64,000 nucleotides of DNA from Chlorokybus atmophyticus (Eukaryota; Plantae; Mesostigma and Chlorokybus algae). The stretch lies in assembly GCA_009103225.1 (NCBI GenBank), contig RHPI01001037.1, forward strand, positions 791,537-855,536. The letters are read 5' to 3'. Position numbers and translations under genes: made by a program. This document shows positions 13,276 through 28,483 of this stretch, one piece after another (the first letter of the stretch is position 1; the number at the start of each line of letters is the position of its first letter). A model generated the notes under the pieces. It had not been told where the DNA came from. It saw only the letters and a list, made by a program, of their open reading frames with translations, and did no database searches.

Positions 13276-15043
13276 ATGGCGGCGGCACTCACCCCAGAGA
13301 GTAAGCACTGGCCATGTTGTGTAAGCCACTTACTGCTGTGTATGTGTATGTTCTTACTTCAACGAAGGTGATTGCCTGTCGGAAGTCGTGAGGTTGAGCA
13401 AGCAGGGTGTGACTCTACTAATTTGATTTTCATTGTTTGGTTAGCAGCGCCAGCAGACTGGCTGGCGATGTCTGCTGACGATGACGAGCTTGCACTGGCA
13501 CTGGTTGCGTCCTTACTGGACTCGGAGGTGCACAGTGAGGTGCGAGGCTTGCATGCATGGCGTGGAACGGCTTGTGGTGGAAGTGTGGGAAATATTGTTC
13601 AATATGTTGCTGCTTGTGCAATTGGCTTCTTCAAGCATGACACGGCCTGGGTTGCGGCAGGCTGCGCTACGGGACAGTGACGAGGAGCGTGCGCAGCTGG
13701 AGCAGGCCATTGCACTGTAAGTGCTGGTGGTACTTGGTTAGTGTAACTGGCAAATTGAGGAGGGAGAAGGTTGTTGCTGTTCAATCAGCGTAGCTTGTCA
13801 AATATTATGCACAAGCACATGCATGACTGACCGACTGATCTTTGTCCTATAGATCACTGGCGCTGGATGAGGAGCAGCGCACGCAGCTTCAAGAGCTGCG
13901 TCTGCAAGAGCTGCAGGCGTTGCAAGCTAGCATTGCCTCCGACATCAGCAACTCGCCATCCGCCCCACCAATGACACCATCAACGTGAGCAGTGGTGGCA
14001 TGCATTGCTGCTGTTGGTTCGTCGATTAAACACTCCACCTTGCAGGTTAGCTGCTTCGCAACCAGTTGAGAGCAGAAACATGCAGCAGAGCGACAAAGAG
14101 AATGCACCACCGATTGCGCTAACGCAAGCCACGAACACAACCAAGCCGATGACTCGGCCCAACTCTGCTGCGATCTTGGCCAAGCATATGGCGAACCTGG
14201 GCATCACAGCCAAGCAACCGCAGCAGCGCACATTGCCGGCACCTGTGTTGGTTCCCGTGCGTGACCCTGTCGGGAAGTCCACCCAGCCACAACCGACTCC
14301 TGCACACCTCAAACCCACCAGTCCCAAGTCTGCTGCTGCTACCCTCCCCGCAATTGATGCACACGCGCTTCGTGCAGCTGCTGAAGCTGCTGCTCGCACG
14401 CAGAGGTGAGAGACCCAGCCTGCATTGCTGTTCGCCATTTAACTGTAAGGCTTGTGTGCTGTGTGCAGGAGTTTGGCAGCTACAACAGCTATGTCAACAA
14501 CACCGCCGACAACAACAATCACAACTTCTCAGCAACAGCCAACCAAACAGGTGAGGTGCAGTTGTTGGGTGAGGTGACGACCACTATTTGTGTCAAACAT
14601 CGATCAACATAGTCAAACACAGGGTGAAGATCTGGCGGCCAGAAAAGAGCATCTTGAACAGCTGCGAGACATGTTGCTAGCCAAGAAACAAGGCAAGATG
14701 GCAGTAACCCGTTTGTGGTCAATATTTTACAGGCATAGTTGGAGCTAAGACTGTTACCTTGTGTTCAGCAGCTGCGAAAGTTAGCTCAGGAGATGCACAG
14801 AAAGCATGCGATCAGCCCGCGGTTGCGGCCCCACCAACAAGTGCGAAGCCGCTTACACCTGTAAGTTCCCAGTGTTGTTGTGAATGAATTTTGTGTGTGC
14901 CCGTTGCCTTCAGGACTTGTTGCTTACTCGATAGTCATGTTGATGACATGCAGGCTGATGAGGAGCGCGCGAGACTCAGAAGCGAGCTTGTACAGCAACT
15001 GAAAGAGGGCCTGCAAATGTATCGGGCAACAGTAAAGAAATGA
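13276..15043 (+). CDS. Protein with two UIM-like helices, Pro/Ala/Thr-rich linker and C-terminal coiled coil (CFAP36/CCDC104 C-terminus-like)
   Basis: Exons with consensus splice sites: MAAALTPE / ...DDDELALALVASLLDSE / EERAQLEQAIAL / SLALDEEQRTQLQELRLQE / low-complexity / DLAARKEHLEQLRDMLLAKKQARW / ADEERARLRSELVQQLKEGLQMYRATVKK*. The family link is recalled similarity only. Confidence 0.6.
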
Positions 15044-15764
15044 ATGTGACACACGGCGAGCTACCACGGTAGTGGGATTCCGTGTATGTTTCATGTTTAC
15101 TACTGTACCATACCATATACCGCGGTTGACACATAGCAGTCTGTGGAATTATTGTGCCAAGTCCATTTGCACAACAGATGTTTGACAGTCGCAAGACAAA
15201 ATCATGCTAAGGACTAGGGTGTGCTAGTGTTTTCTGGATGCGATGGACCAAAGGAGATCCACAACGACTGCGATATGTCATTGTGACCGCCATGCATGCG
15301 GCATGTAACAACCGCAATTGCAAAGTACCGTGGTAAGGGTTACACCGAAACTACAAGCTCCAGGCTAGGAAAGCGTCAATCAAAAGCTAACCCAACCACT
15401 TCAAGAATGGTTGAGACAACCTGGGCACCAAACCAACCTGCCACGGAGGAAAAGACCATATGCATCGTCAGTGGACAGTTCTCCAACTCCTGTTGCAGGT
15501 CGGACGTCAACTAACGCACCCATGCTATAGGCATGCCCGTGTGTGCGCTTGCTACTTGTGCTGGTGGTGTGCGCGCTTGTGATGCTTGTGTTTAAATGGC
15601 CTAGGCATGCAACATGCTGTCCTGAAATGCACAAAATTGCTCCCTATGACACGACCAATCAAGTACACCTAGTCCTCTTTGAGTACACGTATAACAATTG
15701 ATGCATGCGAACATGGCTAACGGGGTGGAGGTAGAGTTGAGCCCGGTGCTGGCATACACAATCG

Positions 15765-15798
15765 TGTACACTCCACATTGTGTAATGTGGAGTGTACA
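15765..15798. repeat. Perfect 15-bp inverted repeat with 4-nt loop
   Basis: tgtacactccacatt-gtgt-aatgtggagtgtaca. Confidence 0.85.
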
Positions 15799-16049
15799 TG
15801 CATAGGGTATAAGGATCCATGAGAACACGGCTTGAAAAAAACTCACAACAAAACGCCCACAACACTACATACTTTAGAAACAACACCACCACCACTTCTA
15901 GCCTACATTGGCTCTACTCTACGTGAATGCCAGTGCAAGTGCGTGGGTATGGCAGGGCAGGCAGAGGGGAGCTTTCCCTACAGCAGAGCAGAGGGTTGGC
16001 GTGGTGGTGGTCTTGATGGTTATACATGTACCGTGCTGTGTGCCCCCCC

Positions 16050-16097
16050 NNNNNNNNNNNNNNNNNNNNNNNNNNNNNNNNNNNNNNNNNNNNNNNN
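16050..16097. other. Assembly gap (N)
   Basis: N run. Confidence 1.
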
Positions 16098-16241
16098 GGC
16101 GTGTCGCTGGCGGATGTTGCTGAAGCATTCCGTGCCTACGGGCCCGTGGAGTGCGTGTGTGAGGCCCCGGGAAGTGCACGTGTGTTTGTGTCCATGGCAT
16201 CAGTCGAGGCTGCGGTGGCAGCAAAGGGCCGGCTGAGCTCT
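16098..16241 (+). repeat. 144-bp copy of the ALKBH8 RRM exon segment (22459-22602), abutting an N gap
   Basis: Identical by eye from ggcgtgtcgctggcggatg to ggctgagctct; starts immediately after the N run 16050-16097. Confidence 0.9.
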
Positions 16242-17673
16242 CCGCATTCCCTGCATGCATGTAACAACATGTGACTATGCAACATACTACATGGGCTTTC
16301 CAGTACTCCGAATGCAGCACACACGTGCGCAGGCAAAAACACAAATACAAGCACAAAGAGACACACAAGCAACAGGCAAGGAGGAGACCAAAAACCCAAT
16401 TATCACAAGACACGGGCATGCTTAGCTATGTGCACTACTTAAATGAGCAAAGTGAGGGCGAGGGGCGAGGCAGGCAAGCAGCATGGCAGACCTGAGCACA
16501 TGTGGCTACGGCCCTTCAAACTCATGAACGTAACACATGTAGTCAGCAGCACACACACAATTCTCTGCGTACACATACATCACGTGCATATTCTGTACAC
16601 AACAACGCTATCCATCTATGCAAGTGCTGCATCCGCCTCAATGGTTGGGAGGCCTTGAGCCCATCAAGCTACTGGTTGCAGCACCGCGACTGTTGGTGTT
16701 GCGATTAAATGAATACAAGGCAACAACGGGGTACGGAATATAGGTAGCGCTACCGCATCAAAACATAATCCATGCATACAGTAAAGGGTGTTTTGATGGC
16801 TGCTATCTTGTAAATCCGACTAGTACATGATGGCGCATTCTGATTGGTAACAGTCAATTGCAAATGGAACGTGTATAACGTATTCAAGAGTTGCACGAAG
16901 CACACTCCTTGAGAAAATTGAATGCACGTGCACAAGTAGCCAGCACACCCAATTAGACGGGGGCCCAGCCAGAGCTTTTGATACCAAGCTATCAAGCCAC
17001 AATACTGCCTTAACCTAGACTTAAACCTAGACCGGACCTCCAAGCAGGCAAGGGCATGCAAGGAGCGTGCAGGTAGGAATATGCGGTATTGTTGCGAATA
17101 ACGTACAAGTCTCTTTGACCATGATACTACCCAGCTTCCACTTTATGATGCTAGCAGAAACCAAGAGTGCATTCGCAATTTGCAAGTGCCTGCTACTGCC
17201 TCTAGAGTGCGCTGTTCCAATCAGCAGCTAACTCTTTGGCTGCTTTGCCGCCCAGCACCATCCTGACTTGCTACTTGGCACCTGCCCGATCGGACTGTCT
17301 GCTTGACCACATCCCTCATGACTAATGCACCCTCGCCACCGCTGCCCTGTACCCTTGCTGCTGTTGTTGCAGACATGCAGCGTATCTTGGAGTGGCATCA
17401 CACCTGTCCAAGGTCATGCCGGCACTGCCAATGGGTTGCCTTACTCATGCGCACAAACCTAGACTACAATTCACATGGCCAACAAAACTAAGACAACAGC
17501 AAAAGCTAAAGAATGAGAGCGTCAGGAGACTACTCCAGATATACCGATAGACAAGCACAACCACACCAGTAGTGAAGCTAGTACGCCAAGTGTGCGGCTT
17601 AACAGCTATGTAAGCGCCATGTCTGCACTTGTGTGTGACTACAATATCAAGGCAAAGAATCTGCAGGCGTGGG

Positions 17674-20874
<3,201 letters not shown>

Positions 20875-22362
20875 AGCCTCGCCTGGCGTACCTCCCTCTC
20901 CTGCCGCCGCAAGGACAAGGACGCCACAAGCCAAGCAACCCTAGCTTTGCGCAGCGGCTTGCACCCGCCGCACGCTTTCTTGCAGCAACGACGCTAGAGC
21001 TGGCTGCGCTCCTTTCTGAAACCCACCAACACCAGCTTCCAGCGCTTTCCAACAACCCCGCCAGCAATCCCGCCGCCCCAATCGCCGCCGCCGCCGCCGC
21101 CGCCGCCTGAAAAGCGCCTACCGCCAGCAAGACAGAGCCGCGGCCGTGTCTCAGAAACGCCAACCGTTAAGTTACGTCATCGGCGCCTTAGTAACTATCA
21201 GAGTTGAGCTGTGTGAATGGACGCTGTGAATCCATGTGCCCATAGTTCACTTATGTGAGTCGACGTGAAGCCAGATTGAATTAAGCGTCTCTGGCGTGCG
21301 CCGTAACATAGGTAAGCTTGGTGTAATGCGCAATTAGGATTTTGGCGCTAACAGCGGCGGCGGCGGCGGCGCTGGAGGATGCAGTTGGAGTGTTGAGACG
21401 CAACTAGCATGAAGGTAATGGCAGGTTCTGGTGCATGTTGCTAGCCTGACACCTTCGTACTGTCCTCGTAACTGCAAGTATTGGTCAAATGGTGCCGTAA
21501 GTTTTGTACCCGCTGTTGGTGCGTTCCATTTAGAGGCCTTGCGCCGTCCTGCTGTTAGCATCGCTATCCCTTCTACGTCGTAATAATCTCTTTGTTCAGC
21601 ACTGGTGTTGAACATACCGGGTGCATCTGTTTGTGCTGTTGTCACGGTTGCATGTGCAGGAAGGTCAAACATTGTTCGTTTTGCACGTAATCTGTAGCTG
21701 TTGATGCTGCTGTTCAACACCCACGTACACCATGTACATTGTCACTGCGACACGAAGAGCTCCAATTGCTTTGTGAAGCGACATTGCCGCTCACAATCAT
21801 CCGTTGCCCGTCCAGTGCTCTTCAACCAACTAGAGCCTTTGTCAGTTGCGTGCGTGCGTGCGTGGTGTTGTTGCAGCGAAGCAGTTAAGGGCACATCATG
21901 AACGGCCTGCTACAACGCTATGGTTGTTAAGTAGTTATAGAAGAGGAGGTTTCTTACACAAATCCATTACTGAATCCGTATACTGCATTGATATCTGTTG
22001 TTAAGGCACAAGTAATGGTAAGCTGATGACAGGATGTACACACTTACCTTAATTTACTATTGCAACCGTTGAAGAACTTTATGTTGAAGAACTTTATACT
22101 GCTTGCATGCATGGCTGCAGGGTGCTTGCACTGCTTAAGTAGTTGCACAATTAAGTTGCACCCCAAAAAATCGAAATAATTGCTACTGAGAAAGCATCAC
22201 ACGTGCAGCTTGAATGTTTCTTACTCTGACTTGACGCTGTTGTCCATCCCTGTGGACTGCTTCATTGATTATCCTCTAGTGTCTGACTGATGCATCTGTT
22301 ATGTGTGCAGACCTTGTGGGCCAAGCGCTGAGGTCAAGAAGCACAAGCAACTTGCCGGCAAT

Positions 22363-24918
22363 ATGCAGCCGCCGCAGCAGCACCCGTATGTGAGACCGCA
22401 GCGGGGCACAGCGCTGCCTTCTCGCCACTTGTATGCGGTCAACGTCGGGCCCTCTGTGGGCGTGTCGCTGGCGGATGTTGCTGAAGCATTCCGTGCCTAC
22501 GGGCCCGTGGAGTGCGTGTGTGAGGCCCCGGGAAGTGCACGTGTGTTTGTGTCCATGGCATCAGTCGAGGCTGCGGTGGCAGCAAAGGGCCGGCTGAGCT
22601 CTGTTTGCGGACGCGAGGTGAGGCTGTCCTTTACGCTGCGCGAGGATGAACTCGTCAAGGACCGGCCGCTGCCTGTTCTGCGGGACTCGCAGGCCACTGG
22701 CATACAGGGCTTGCGCCTGTACAAGGACTTCATCACGGAAGATGAGGAGAAGGTGAGCTCTAGCAACGTGACTCAGTCTGGTCGGCACGGCTTGAAGCTT
22801 GCACAAGAATGCAGGAGAGAGTTACTCTTGTGTTTCCAGAATCTTCTCGTTATGTTTAACACTAGTGACGGCGTCAAACAGTCTCTTGTGCTAGTCGTTT
22901 TATTTGAAGGCTGTCTTATGCATTGTTGCAGATGCTGTTGGCAGAGGTGGGTCAGCGCGAATGGCAGCACTTAGCAAAGCGCAGGGTTCAGCACTACGGC
23001 TTTGAGTTTCAGTACAAGGTAGCTGCTCACTGATGCCACGCACGATGTACTTTCTGCCGGTCTTGTGATTGGGTCTACTCTTTGTTCAGGCTTGTGTACG
23101 ATGACAGATTCGCAATGTGGATGTCAGCGAATCCTTGGGGGTTTTGCCAGAGTTTACACATCCAATTGCAGATCGCATATCCCAGTTGCCCGAGCTCGCG
23201 CATTGCAATGAACCTGCTTACCCATTGGACCAGCTCACAGTAAGTTGTGTTGCTGTCAGTGATGGGTGTGCTATTGTTTCCTATGATTTACATATACAAG
23301 TCTGCAAACTGCATGCAGTGATAAAAGTGTGTTAACAGGTGAATGAGTACCAACCAGGCGTGGGTTTGTCACCCCACATCGATACGCACTCAGCGTTCCA
23401 AGGCGCCATTGTCTCCTTGTCTCTTGCATCCAATATCATCATGGAGTTTCGTGAGGCTGCAGCATACCGCAGTGTGCAAGATGGTGGAACAGAGCAGTCC
23501 CGCAGCTCAGCAGCAATGCGCAGGCGTGCTCTCCTGCTCCCAGCACGATCGCTGTTGGTGTTCTCAGGCGAAGCACGCTATGCGTGGCAGCACTACATAC
23601 CCCATAGAAAGGTTCGCAGTGTAGTTCAAGTCCGCAACACCAAGTATGATTCATAAGAACATGCACTTGCTCGCAAGCAATGGCATGTTTGTTCTGACTG
23701 AAGCTCAGCTGTTCCTCTCAATGCACCATACCACTGCTTTTCGGGATACTAGGGATTTTGCAATGATAGGTTTGCTTTGCAGGCTGATTGGATTGATGGC
23801 AAGTTGCAGCCGCGGGAGTCTTGTCGCGTCTCATTCACATTCCGCAAGGTGACTGTTGGCACAAGCTAGTTTAGTCATGCTCCTTCAGGTGCTGCCCTGG
23901 TCCTCTTGATCCCATATCGCGTCAACTCATGCTCAACTATGTACAGGTGCGACATGGACCCTGCAGGTGTGCTTATCCTGCCGTCTGCGACTCCCAACTC
24001 GAGGCTGGGCCTGATGCCACAAGCCCAAATCTGCAAAGCCACATCCAGGCAGCTCCAAGCGACAAGCAGCTTGTGGATGACACTCGTGCCAATGGCTGTC
24101 ATGGCGTCGATGAAGCCCGCATGGGCACAAGTGACAGTGCGGAGCCTTGCACCATTGATGACAATGCTCTCGCCATCCCGGCCGTTGAGAGAAAATACGT
24201 ACATGCGGTGTATGATGCGATCGCGCCTCACTTCAGCGACACGCGGTTTGCACGCTGGCCCAGGGTGCTGGCGTTCTTGCGTAGCCTACCCAAGGATGCC
24301 ATGGTGTTGGATGCCGGCTGCGGCAATGGAAAGTACTTGGGCGTAGTCCCGCATCTCTTCATGGTCGGTTGCGACTACAGCGCTGGTCTGGTCGACATCT
24401 GTGCGGGGAAAGGGTTTGATGCCTCTGTCGCCGATACAACGCAATTACCTTATCGCGACAACGTCTTTGATGCCGTCATCTCAATAGCTGTGCTGCATCA
24501 TTTGAGCTCCAACACGCGCAGAACAGCGGCCGTGCAAGAGTTGTTGCGCGTGGTGAAGCCTGGTGGCTGCGTGCTGCTGACGGCGTGGTCTAAAGAGCAG
24601 GAAGATGCCAACATTCTGGCCAAGTGGACTCCCATACCAAAGAAGGCTGAGGAGGACAGCGTACGCTCTGTATCAGGGCAGGATTTCTTTGTGCCTTGGC
24701 ATGTGCCATATCATCGAGTGGGCACTCAGCAGCACGCTGAAGGGGCAGCGATTAGCGAAGAGAAAGAGGCTATCTTATTCAAGCGCTACTACCATGTGTT
24801 TGTTAGGGGTGAGTTACAGAGCTTGGTGCAGCAGTTCGCTCAGCACGTTGACATTGTGGACCATTACTATGACAAATCAAATTGGTGCGTTATAGTCAGG
24901 AAACGCGGCGCTCTCTGA
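22363..24918 (+). CDS. ALKBH8: tRNA wobble-uridine modifying enzyme ALKBH8 with RRM, 2OG-Fe(II) dioxygenase and fused Trm9 methyltransferase
   Basis: RRM (HLYAVNVGP...RVFVSM); GLRLYKDFITEDEEK; HYGFEFQY; NEYQPGVGLSPHIDTH; RYAWQHYIPHRK; RVSFTFRK; CRCAYPAVCD zinc motif continuing in the same exon into YVHAVYDAIAPHFSDTR...VLDAGCGNGKY...FDAVISIAVLHHLS...RYYHVF. The exact start is uncertain. Confidence 0.93.
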
Positions 24919-25499
24919 GTTGTCATGCGGGACAGCTTCGCTCTGTTGATCAGTTATGCATAACAACAGTGCTTCAGAACAATAGCTGGTTGTAATATGT
25001 ACAACCAACAATGGCCCTGCACACATAAGGCTCAAATGACATGGACCAGCACACATGCTGCGTGCAAACACGCTCTGGTGCAGCACCTATGTGGTAAGTG
25101 AATTGGACTCCCGGTTCCTGTATTGGGAGCTACATAAGCAGGACTCCACAAAAGGCTGCTGACCCCTAGGCCTGGATGCCACTTGCCACCAACCCATCGT
25201 CATCTGTGACAGGCAACAAGACGGGGCCCCTTGTGGCTGTCAGCCTTGTTGGCAGAACAACTTGGTCAGCGAACCCAAGGTAGGCAATGCCTTATAGACC
25301 AACGTCTATAGTACTCATGCGCATTGAGGCCTTGGGCATAAAGACCAATGCAGCAAGTGCACACGTGACACAAGAACGCATCGCGCAGACTGGCCACAAA
25401 ACCTCCGCACTGTAAATAGATACACATGTCAGGTGGGGGTACAGGCTGGCAGCAGTTGTCAATGACCGCGACAGAGCACACTGAATGAAGCACATCGCC

Positions 25500-27967
25500 T
25501 TAGAGCACTGCTGATTTTGGTCTGCACCACTTGACTATACCATCTACTGATAGTGCTAGTATCTCAAAACTTGCTATAAGATGTACCTGCGCGAAACCCG
25601 AAGAGATGTCAAAAAAAGACTTCCAATGCCAGTGCATGCATGTCACACCAGTATGCCTTAGTGTGGTTGCTTGCTGTGTTGTTAAATTCTATGCTTTGTA
25701 CTCATACGTATTGGTTTGAAGTGCTTGGCCCCTTGGTATTACCCTATGCCTCAATGCCTAGAGCTTACTGTGGGAAACTTGAAGTTGGTCAACTGAAGAC
25801 ACTCGAGATTTGAGCCCTGCAATCGCCACCGTTCCCAGGCATCAAACTTGTGGCTGGCAAACAACATCTCCCCTTGCCGCGTGCCCTGCACCACCGTTAC
25901 GCTGATGACGCAGGGGTACACTTGCACATTGTGTAACAACTAAGCCTGGCTCACTGAAACTTAAAACTTACCTGAAGACAAAGGCCATGGCCAGCAGTTG
26001 ACCGCACCCCCCAAAACTCTCCATAGCGATCCTATGTGCCATGTGTACATATTGCGTACAAAGGCATTGGTGACAGCATTTGATGGTGACATTGCTGATA
26101 TGGTTTGTCGTGCCTTACCTGGATGTGCAACAGCTTGAACTGTGCAGCAGGATCCCAGCGAGAAACCCCATCACTTACATCAAGGACCCATCTGCCCATG
26201 TCCGCCCGGTATTTTGCAACATAGTACAACTGATCTCGATTGGGATGTCCAGGAGCGAACGCGCGCAAGGCCACGAGCATACCCGGCTTGAGAGCCTCAG
26301 CTCGCCCGCCACTATCATACTCCATTGTTTTACTAAAATCGATGAAGGACCAGCCAGCGTCGGCGTGCTGTCCATTAGCATTCCGCGAACCAGTCGTCAA
26401 AACAGTGTTGCGTCCTGATGTTGAGGATTCTCCAGCAGACTGAGTTGCAGAGTTCAACTCCCGAGTCAGCACAACATGTGTCTCTTCTGCTGCTGTGGTT
26501 GGCGGTTGGATGTCGTCTTGTATCGCTGCGAACCCTGCATGGCTGTCTTTGTGCTTGAGGAAAACCCTGACAGCGCTCGCGGCTCTGAAGCGGACCTCAG
26601 ACCATGCCTGCTCGCTGAAAGCTGCTGTTTTGGGTGTAACTAACAGATTTGGCAACTCTCTGATCTGTAGGAACCAGCGTTGCCTGTCTTAGGCTGCATT
26701 GCTGGCAATGAAGGTTAGGCATGCTCAAGCATGAGTGTGACTTACCCAAGACTCTATCCAATCAGGCCCGTCCACGGAGTCGAGTGCTGCCCCACCAAGC
26801 AGCCCATCCGCCAAGGCCTGCTTCAGCGCGCTTGCATCCACAATGTCCGGGGAGCCAATGTTGATCAGCAGTGCGCCTGGTATAAGACAGCGCTGGTCAA
26901 CCAAAGGCACAGCTTGAAGAATATATGAAGGAAGCTGGTTGTTATTGAAAGAGACAATGTACCTGCCTTGATGATGGCTAAGCTTGCATTGTTGACAAGC
27001 CTGCGGGTTTCGGGTGTGCCTGGACAATGCAAGGACAACACATCTGTGCGTGAAACCAAGCCCAAAAAGCTGGTGCAGCGTTGTATGCCAGGGATGCCAT
27101 CCAGAGCCGAAGAAGCACGTGATTGATCGCTGTCGTCCTGTGCAACCCAGGATAATGATTGGCTTCAGGAACGAATCATTGAACACAAGTCGCGGATCAT
27201 GACCAAACACCCATCATACCATACCACAACATAAGGGTCCCAATAACAGACATTCATTTCCAACGCTCGAGCCCGCCTAGCCACTGCACAAGCCACTGCG
27301 TCCGCTCCAACCAACCCAAGCGTCAAACCGCGGCAGCGTCGTGTCCCTTGAAGGAGCGACGGCGTAGGTACCCATGCGTGTGATACTGAGCCATGCATGG
27401 CGAGGGTAGTTGTCCTGTATGTCAATGCAACACCACATTAAGCTTGATGACGCTGCTACGCGCCAATGTGCAACTTCACGAAGGCAGTCTTACACAAGCA
27501 TCCTGATACAAGCAAGAAATGCCAGCCAGGTTTGTTGGTGGATGGATGGTAAGTCGTGCCTTGTCAGGCGGTGCAATGTGACTGAACAGTAGACATGCAT
27601 ACCTTCGAAGCAACGCGAGCATTAGTGCAATGACAGTGTCTGCCCTCTCGTCCACAGTGCGAACTCGAATGCGGGCGACATGAACATCAGGGGCGATCTC
27701 CGCTGCGGCAACGGCATCGCTCTTCTCGTCACCGTAGTCGCCGAGGCACAGCACGAGAGAGACACACCTCAAGCGCTTGCGGACGCTCCTGGGCAGGTCG
27801 GCCAGTGACGCCGTGAGCACCACCTTGGCCTGCTGTAGCAACCCCGAGGAGAGGTCCGCAGCGGCTAAGCCCACTCTCTCCACCCTCGCCACGCCCGCCA
27901 GCATCTCCCTCTCTAGACCCACGTCCGGAAGAGCGTGCACTGCCAGCACTAGTGGTAGCTCCGCCAT
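25500..27967 (-). CDS. AN: ANGUSTIFOLIA (plant CtBP/BARS-like protein)
   Basis: LEREMLAGVARVERV; LCLGD; ERADTVIALMLALLRR; RRCRGLTLGLVG; DVLSLHC; GGAALDSVDGPDWIESWV; MPNLLVTPKTAAFSEQAWSEVR; plant-specific C-terminal block WDPAAQF...FASHKFDAWERWRLQG...FEILALSVDGIVKW. Confidence 0.9.
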
Positions 27968-28134
27968 GCTTGCTCGCTTCGGGCTTGCTCCAGCTGTCAA
28001 ACCTCTCACCCTTCACATGCCCTTGGCTTTGGACCCACAACCATCCCTCCAGCGTGACGTCGCCCCTGCCGCCGCCGCCCTGGACGACATCGCCAATGGC
28101 GCCACCAGCTCCTCGTTTTCCCTCGCTTTGCAAA

Positions 28135-28143
28135 TTAGGGTTT
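28135..28143 (-). promoter_or_regulatory. Telo-box (TTAGGGTTT on +)
   Basis: Exact match between the divergent AN and AP-4 epsilon starts. Confidence 0.6.
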
Positions 28144-28483
28144 GCGCTTCGCCCAAAATCAGCAGTGAGTTTGTTGGCTGCCTGGAGGTGGGTGTCGTTG
28201 TGGTGGGCGCCGGGGACGGCGGCGGAGGCGGTCCTAGGCGGAGCAGCGTGCGTCGTCGCGGGGCTGAGCTTGTCGTCCTGAGGTTTGCGAGGGCTGTTCC
28301 CTGTGGCGTGGCGGCATGACCGCTGTGGCGCCCGCCTGATCGATGCTGGTCGTTGGTGGGGTCGTTGTTGAGGTTGAGGTGGATGTTGCTGTGGATGTAG
28401 CTGCGGAGGTGGCGGTGGAGCCTCGTTCTCGCATGCGCATTTGCTGCGTCCGTCTGTGAGACATTGGCGTCCAATTGGTCACC

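Noticed and set aside
15100-16700. Possible minus-strand gene (e.g. LTSDLQQELENCPLTMHMVFSSVA)
   Set aside because: Candidate exons could not be joined in frame without stops; the interval contains a gap and a likely artefactual insert.
21334-21720. 128-aa minus-strand ORF
   Set aside because: Antisense to the probable 5' UTR and first intron of ALKBH8; no recognisable motif.
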